64,000 nucleotides of DNA from the human T2T-CHM13v2.0 reference genome, Homo sapiens, in the NCBI GenBank assembly GCA_009914755.4, contig CP068257.2:10848001-10912000 (forward strand), in the 5' to 3' direction. Under the pieces are notes generated by a model. The model worked only from the letters and a program-made list of their open reading frames with translations, was not told the origin of the DNA and made no database searches. Numbering within the stretch: the stretch's first letter is position 1; each line of letters opens with the position of its first letter. Both the position numbers and the translations under genes were made by a program. Below are positions 51,102 through 61,112 of the stretch, one piece after another.

Positions 51102-54100
51102 TCAAATATATATTATATTCTGTACATAAAATATCAAAGTACACCAAGTATATACTATATACTCTGCATAAAATATTAAATTACCCACAATATGTATTGT
51201 ATTGTGTACATAAAATATGAAAGTAACCAAATATTTATAATAAACTGTACATAAAATATCAAAGTACTCAAACTGTATATTATATACTGTACATAAAGTA
51301 TCAAAGTACCCAAACTGTGTAGTATATACTGTACATAAAATGTCAAGGTACGCAAAATATATATTGTAAACTGTAGATAAAATATCAAAGTACCCAAAAT
51401 ATATATTATATACTGTACATAAAATATGAAGGCACATCCAATATATATTATATTCTGTACATAAAATATCAAAGTACACCAAATGTATATTATACACTGT
51501 ACATAAAATATCAAAGTACCCAACGTGTATATTATATACTGTACACAAAATATGAAGGTTCATCAAATATATTTTATATTCTGCACATAATATATCAAAG
51601 TACATCAAATATATATCATATACTGTACATAAAATATCAAAGTACCAAAAATATGTATTATATACTGTACATAAAATATGAAAGTAACCAAACATATATA
51701 ATAAACTGTACATAAAATATCAAAGTACTCGAACTACATATTATATACAGTATATAAAATGTCAAAGTACCCAAACTCTATATTATATACTGTACATAAT
51801 ATATCAAAGTACCCGAATATATAGCATACTGTACATAAAATATCAAATTACCCAAAGTGTGTATTATACACTGCACATAAAATATGAAGGTACATAAAAT
51901 ATATATTGTATTCTGTACATAAAATATCAAAGTACTCCAAATATATATTACATGCTGTACATAATATATTAAAGTTGCCCAAATATATATTATATACTGT
52001 ACATAAAATATGAAGGTACATCAAATATATAGTATATGCTGCACATAAAATATCAAAGTACCCAAAGTATGTATTATATACTGTACATAAAATATCAAAG
52101 TACCCAAAGTATATATTATATACTGTACATAAAATATAAAATACCCCAAATATATATTATATGCTGTACATAAAATATCAAAGTACACAAAATATGTATT
52201 ATGTACTGTGCATAAAATATCAAAGGACCCAAAATATATATTATATACTGTACATAAAATATCAAAATACCCAAAATATATATTATATACCCTACATAAA
52301 ATACCAAAGTACCCAAAGTATATATTATATACCGTACAAAAAATATCAAAGTAGCCAAAATATGTATTATACACTGTACATAATATATGAAAGTACCCAA
52401 ACATTTATAATAAACTGTACATAAAATATCAATGTACTCAAACTATATATTATGTGCGGTACATAAGATATCAAAGTACCCATACTATATAGTATGTACT
52501 GTACTTAAAATATCAAAATACCCAAAATATATATTATATACGTTACATAAACTATCAAATACACAAAGTATGTATTATATACTGTACATAAAATAGCAAA
52601 GTTCCCAAAATATGTATTATATACTGTACATAAAATATGAAAGTACCCAACCATTTATAATAAACTCTATATAAAATACCAAAGTACCCAAACTGTGTAT
52701 TATATACTGTCCATAAAATATCAAAGTACACAAAATATATATTGTCAACTGTACATAAAATATCAAAGTAGCCAAAATATATATAGTATACCGTACATAA
52801 AATATAAAAGTACCCCAAATATATATTATATACTGTACATAAAATATCAAAGTACCGATAATACATATTATATACTGTACATAAAATATCAAAGGACCCA
52901 AAATAAACATTATATACTGTACATAAAATATTCAAATACTCAAAATATATATTACATACTGTACATAAAATATCACACTACCCAAATTATGTATTATATA
53001 CTGTACGTAAAATATCAGAGTACCCAAAATATGCATTATATACTGCACATAAAATATGAAAGTAACAAAACATTTATAATAAACTGTACATAAAATATCA
53101 AAGTACTCAAACTATATATCATATACTGTACATAAAATGTCAAATTACCCAAACTGTGTATTATTATATACTGTATATAAAATATCAAAATACCTGAAAT
53201 ATATATTGCATAGTGTACATAAAATATCAAAGTACCCAAAATATATACTATATACTGTACATAAAATATGAAGGTACATCAAATATATATTACATCCTGT
53301 ACATAAAATAACAAAGTACACCTATTATATATTGTGTACTGTACATAATATATTAAATCGCCCAAATATATATTGTATACTGTATATAAAATATGAAGGT
53401 ACTTCAAATATATATTATATGCTGCACATAAAATATCAAAGTACCCAAAGTATGCATTACATACTGTACATAAAATATCAAAGTACACAAATTATATATT
53501 ATATACTGTACATAAAATATGTAGGTTCATCAAATATATTTTATATTCTGTACATAATATATCAAAGTACATCAAATATATATTATATACGGTACATAAA
53601 ATATCAAAGTACCCAAAATATGTATTATTTACTGTTCATAAAATATGAAAGTAACCAAACATTTATAATAAACTGTACACAAAATATCAAAGTACTCAAT
53701 CTACATATTATATACAGTATATAAAATATCAAAGTACACAAACTGTATATTATATACTGTACATAATATATCAAAGTACCCAGAATATATAGCATACTGT
53801 ACATAAAATATCAAATTACCCAAAATATATATTGTATACTGTACATAAAATATGAAGGTACATCAAAGATATATTATATTGTGTACATAAAATATCAAAG
53901 TACACCAAATATATATTATATGCTGTACATAATATATTAAAGTTGCCCATGTATACATTTTATACTGTACATAAAATATGAAGGTACATCAAATATATAG
54001 TATATGCTGCACATAAAATATCAAAGTACCCAAAGTATGTAATATATACTGTACATAATATATCAAAGTACCAAAAGTATATATTACATACTGTAAATAA

Positions 54101-54998
54101 AATATGAAGGTACATCAAATATACATTATATTCTGTACATAAAATATCAAAGTACACCAAATATATACTATATACTGTACATAAAATATTAAATTACCCA
54201 CAATATGTATTTTATTGTGTACATAAAATATGAAAGTAACCAATCATTTATAATAAACTGTACATAAAATATCAAAGTACTCAAACTGTATATTATATAC
54301 TGTACATAAAGTATCAAAGTACCCAAACTGTGTAGTATACACTGTACATAAAATATCAAGGTACCCAAAATATATATTGTAAACTGTAGATACGATATCA
54401 AATTACCCAAAATATATATTATATACTGTACATAAAATATGAAGGCACATCCAGTATATATTATATTCTGTGCATAAAATATCAAAGTACACCAAATGTA
54501 TATTATATACCGTACATAAAATATAAAAGTACCCCAAGTATATATTATATACTCTACATAAAATATGAAAGTACCCAAAATATATATTATATACTGTACA
54601 TAAAATATCAAAGTACCCATAGTATGTATTATATCCTGTACATAAAATATGAAGGTACATCAAATATATATTATATTCTGCACATAAAATATCATATTAC
54701 ACCAAATATATATTATATACTGTACATAAAATATGAAGGTACATCAAATGTATATTATATGCTGCACATAAAATCTCAAAGTCCCCAAAGTTTGTATTAT
54801 ATACTGTACATAAAATATCAAAGTATCCAAAGTGTATATTATATACTGTACATAAAATATGAAGGTACATCCGATACATATTATATTCTGTACATAAAAT
54901 ATCAAAGTACACCAAGTATATATTATATACTGTACATAAAATATTAAATTACCCGAAATATGTATTGTATACTGTACATAAAATATGAAAGTAACCAA
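51102..54998 (+). repeat. Distal partner of the 25.78-kb-offset duplication
   Basis: See the partner feature at 25323-29218. Confidence 0.75.
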
Positions 54999-56080
54999 AC
55001 ATTTATAATAAACTGTACATAAAATATCAAAGTACTCAAACTGTATATTATATACTGTACATAAAGTATCAAAATACCCAAACTGTGTAGTATATACTGT
55101 ACATAAAATATCAAGGTACCCAAAATATATATTGTAAACTGTAGATAAAATATCAAAATACCCAAAATATATATTATATACTGTACATAAAATATGAAGG
55201 CACATCCAATATATATTATGTTCTGTACATAAAATATCAAAGTACACCAAATGTATATTATATACTGTACATAAAATATAAAAGTACCCCGAATATATAT
55301 TATATACTCTACATAAAATATCAAAGTACCCAAAATATATATTATATACTGTACATAAAATATCAAAGTACCCATAGTATGTATTATATCCTGTACATAA
55401 AATATGAAGGTACATCAAATATATATTCTATTCTGCACATAAAATATCATATTACACCAAATATATATTGTATACTGTATATAAAATATGAAGGTACTTC
55501 AAATACATATTATATGCTGCACATAAAGTATCAAAGTACCGAAAGTGTGCATTATATGCTGTACATAAAATATCAAAGTACCCAAAGTGTATATTATATA
55601 CTGTACATAAAATGTGAAGGTTCATCAAATATATTTTATATTCTGCACATAATATATCAAAGTACATCAAATATATATTATATACTGTACATAAAATATT
55701 AAAGTACCAAAAATATGTATTATATACTGTACATAAAATATGAAAGTAACCAAACATTTATAATAAACTGTACATAAAGTATCAAAGTACTCAAACTACA
55801 TATTATATACAGTATATAAAATATCAAAGTACCCAAACTGTATATTATATACTGTACATAATATATCAAAGTACCCAAATATATAGCATACTGTACATAA
55901 AATATTAAAGTACCCAAAATATATATTGTATACTGTACATAAAATATGAAGGTACATCAAAGACATATTATATCCTGTACATAAAATATCAAAGTACACC
56001 AAATATATATTATATGCTGTACATAATATATTAAAGTCGACCAAATATATATTATATACTGTACATAAAATATGAAGGTA

Positions 56081-59000
56081 CATCAAATATATATTATATG
56101 CTGCACATAAAATATCAAAGTACCCAAAGTATGTATTATATACTGTACATAAAATATCAAAGTACCCAAAGTATATATTATATACTGTACATAAAATATA
56201 AAATACCCCAAATATATATTATATGCTGTACATAAAATATGAAAGTACACAAAATATGTATTATGTACTGTACATACAATATCAAAGGACCCAAAATATA
56301 TATTATATACTGTACATAAAATATCAAAATATCCAAAATATATATTATATACTGTACATAAAATACCAAAGTACCCAAAGTATATATTATATACCGTACA
56401 AAAAATATCAAAGTAGCCAAAATATGTATTATACACTGTACATAATATATGAAAGTACCCAAACATTTATAATAAACTGTACATAAAATATCAATGTACT
56501 CAAACTATATATTATGTGCGGTACATAACATATCAAATTACCCATACTATATAGTATATACTGTACTTAAAATATCAAAATATCCAAAATATATATTATA
56601 TACGTTACATAAACTATCAAATACACAAAGTATGTATTATATACTGTACATAAAATAGCAAAGTTCCCAAAATATGTATTATATACTGTACATAAAATAT
56701 GAAAGTACCCAACCATTTATAATAAACTCTACATAAAATACCAAAGTACCCAAACTGTGTATTATATACTGTCCATAAAATATCAAAGTACCCAAAATAT
56801 ATATTGTAAACTGTACATAAAATATCAAAGTAGCCAAAATATATATTGTATACTGTACATAAAATATAAAATACCCCAAATATATATTATATACTGTACA
56901 TAAAATATCAAAGTACCCATAATACATATTATATACTGTACATAAAATATCAAAGGACCCAAAATAAATATTATATACTGTACATAAAATATCCAAATAC
57001 TCAAAATATATATTACATACTGTACATAAAATATCAAAGTACCCAAATTATGTATTATATACTGTACGTAAATTATCAGAGTACCCAAAATATGCATTAT
57101 ATACTGTACATAAAATATGAAATTAACAAAACATTTATAATAAACTGTACATAAAATATCAAAGTACTCAAACTATATATCATATACTGTACATAAAATA
57201 TCAAAGTACCCAAACTGTGTATTATTATATACTGTATATAAAATATCACAGTACCTGAAATATATATTGTATACTGTACATAAAATATCAAAGTACCCAA
57301 AATATATACTATATACTGTCCATAAAATATGAAGGTACATCAAATATATATTATATCCTGTACATAAAATATCAAACAACACCTATTGGATATTGTGTAC
57401 TGTACATAATATATTAAATCTCCCAAATATATATTGTATACTGTATATAAAATATGAAGGTACTTCAAATTCATATTACATGCTGCACATAAAATATCAA
57501 ACTACCCAAGGTATGCATTATATACTGTACATAAAATGTCAAAGTACACAAATTATATATTATATACTGTACATAAAATATGAAGGTTCATCAAATATAT
57601 TTTATATTCTGTACATAATATATCAAAGTACATCAAATATATATTATATACGGTACATAAAATATCAAAGTACCAAAAATATGTATTATATACTGTACAT
57701 AAAATATGAAAGTAACCAAACATTTATAATAAATTGTACATAAAATATCAAAGTACTCAAACTACATATTATATACAGTATATAAAATATCAAAGTACCC
57801 AAACTGTATATTATATACTGTACATAATATATCAAAGTACCCGAATATATAGCATACTGTACATAAAATATCAAAGTACCCAAAATATATATTGTATACT
57901 GTACATAAAATATGAAGGTACATCGAAGATATATTATATTGTGTACATAAAATATCAAAGTACACCAAATATATATTATATGCTGTACATAATATATTAA
58001 AGTTGCCCAAATATATATTATATACTGTACATAAAATATGAAGGCACATCAAATATATAGTATATGCTGCACATAAAATATCAAAGTACCCAAAGTATGT
58101 AATATATACTGTACATAACATATCAAAGTACCAAAAGTATATATTACCTACTGTAAATAAAATATGAAGGTACCACAAATATACATTATATTCTGTACAT
58201 AAAATATCAAAGTACACCAAATATATACTATATACTGTACATACAATATTAAATTACCCACAATATGTATTGTATTGTGTACATAAAATATGAAAGTAAC
58301 CAAACATTTATAATAAACTGTACATAAAGTATCAAAGTACCCAAACTGTGTAGTATACACTGTACATTTAATATCAATATTTTATGTACAAATATATATT
58401 GTAAACTGTAGATACAATATCAAATTACCCAAAATATATATTATATACTGTACATAAAATATGAAGGCACATCCAGTATATATTATATTCTGTGCATAAA
58501 ATATCAAAGTACACCAAATGTATATTATATACTGTACATAAAATATAAAAGTACCCCAAGTATATATTATATACTCTACATAAAATATGAAAGTACCCAA
58601 AATATATATTATATACTGTACATAAAATATCAAAGTACCCATAGTATGTATTATATCCTGTACATAAAATATGAAGGTACATCAAATATATATTATATTC
58701 TGCACATAAAATATCATATTACACCAAATATATATTATATACTGTACATAAAATATGAAGGTACATCAAATGTATATTATATGCTGCACATAGAATATCA
58801 AAGTCCCCAAAGTTTGTATTATATACTGTACATAAAATATCAAAGTATCCAAAGTGTATATTATATACTGTACATAAAATATGAAGGTACATCCGATACA
58901 TATTATATTCTGTACATAAAATATCAAAGTACACCAAGTATATATTATATACTGTACATAAAATATTAAATTACCCGAAATATGTATTGTATACTGTACA

Positions 59001-61112
59001 TAAAATATGAAAGTAACCAAACATTTATAATAAACTGTACATAAAATATCAAAGTACTCAAACTACATATTATATACAGTATATAAAATATCAAAGTACC
59101 CAAACTGTATATTATATACTGTACATACTATATCAAAGTACCCGAATATATAGCATACTGTACATAAAATATCAAAGTACCCAAAATATATATTGTACAC
59201 TGCACATAAAATATGAAGCTACATCAAAGATATATTATATTCTGTACATAAAATATCAAAGTACACCAAGTATATATTATATGCTGTACATAATATATTA
59301 AAGTCGACCAAATATGTATTACATACTGTACAAAAAATATGAAGGTACATCAAATATATATTATATGCTGCACATAAAATATCAAAGTACCCAAAGTATG
59401 TATTATATACTGTACATAAAATATCAAAATACCCAAAGTATATATTATATACTATACATACAATATAAAATACCCCAAATATATATTATATGCTGTACAT
59501 AAAATATCAAAGTACACAAAATATGTATTATGTACTGTACATAAAATATCAAAGGACCGAAAATATATATTATATACTGTACATAAAATATCAAAATACC
59601 CAAAATATATACTATATACTGTACATAAAATACCAAAGTACCCAAAGTATATATTATATACCGTACAAAAAATATCAAAGTAGCCAAAGTATGTATTATA
59701 CACTGTACATAATATATGAAAGTACCCAAACATTTATAATAAACTGTACATAAAATATCAATGTACTCAAACTATATATTATGTTCGGTACATAACATAT
59801 CAAAGTGCCCATACTATATAGTATATACTGTACTTAAAATATCAAAATACCCAAAATATATATGATATACGTTACATAAATTATCCAATACCCAAAGTAT
59901 GTATTATATACTGTACTTAAAATAGCAAAGTTCCCAAAATATGTATTATATACTGTACATAACAAATGAAAGTACCCAACCATTTATAGTAAACTCTACA
60001 TAAAATACCAAAGTACCCAAACTGTGTATTATATACTGTCCATAAATTATCAAAGTACCCAAAATATATATTGTAAACTGTACATAAAATATCAAAGTAG
60101 CCAAAATGTATATTGTATACTGTACATAAAATATAAACGTACCCCAAATATATATTATATACTGTACACAAAATATCAAAGTACCCATAATACATATTAT
60201 ATACTGTACATAAAATATCAAAGGACCCAAAATAAACATTATATACTGTACATAAAATATCCAAATACTCAAAATATATATTACATACTGTACATAAAAT
60301 ATCAAAGTACCCAAATTATGTATTATATACTGTACGTAAAATATCAGAGTACCCAAAATATGCATTATATACTGTACATAAAATATGAAAGTAACAAAAC
60401 ATTTATAATAAACTGTACATAAAATATCAAAGTACTAAAACTATATATCATATACTGTACATAAAATATCAAAGTACCCAAACTGTGTATTATTATATAC
60501 TGTACATAAAATATCAAGGTACCTAAAATATATATTGCATACTGTACATAAAATATCAAAGTACCCAAAATATATACTATATACTGTACATAAAATATGA
60601 AGGTACATCAAATATATATTATATCCTGTACATAAAATATCAAAGTACACCTATTATATATTGTGTACTGTACATAATATATTAAATCACCCAAATATAT
60701 ATTGTATACTGTATATAAAATATGAAGGTACTTCAAATATACATTATATGCTGCACATAAAATATCAAAGTACCCAAAGTATGCATTACATACTGTACAT
60801 AAAATATCAAAGTACACAAATTATATATTATATAATGTACATAAAATATGAAGGTTCATAAAATATATTTTATATTCTGTACATAATATATCAAAGTACA
60901 TCAAATATATATTATATACGGTACATAAAATATCAAAGTACCCAAAATATGTATTATTTACTGTTCATAAAATATGAAAGTAACCAAACATTTATAATAA
61001 ACTGTACATAAAATATCAAAGTACTCAATCTACATATTATATACAGTATATAAAATATCAAAGTACACAAATTGTATATTATATACTGTACATAATATAT
61101 CAAAGTACCCGA
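56081..61112 (+). repeat. Distal partner of the ~10.3-kb-offset duplication. It carries a monomer deletion and a micro-rearrangement at about 58.33-58.39 kb.
   Basis: See the partner feature. The offset drops by 39 bp between landmarks 57762 and 58646. Confidence 0.8.
58320..58400 (+). other. Rearrangement scar inside the satellite: a one-monomer (42-bp) deletion, then a ~30-bp micro-inversion-like replacement
   Basis: 47931-48040 reads ...ataaactgtacataaaatatcaaagtactcaaactgtatattatatactgtacataaagtatcaaagtaccc...actgtacataaaatatcaaggtacccaaaatatatattgtaaactg. 58311-58400 reads ...ataaactgtacataaagtatcaaagtaccc...actgtacatttaatatcaatattttatgtacaaatatatattgtaaactg. One monomer is missing, and cataaaatatcaaggtacccaaaatat is replaced by catttaatatcaatattttatgtacaaatat. 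The segment tattttatgtaca is the reverse complement of tgtacataaaata. Confidence 0.8.
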
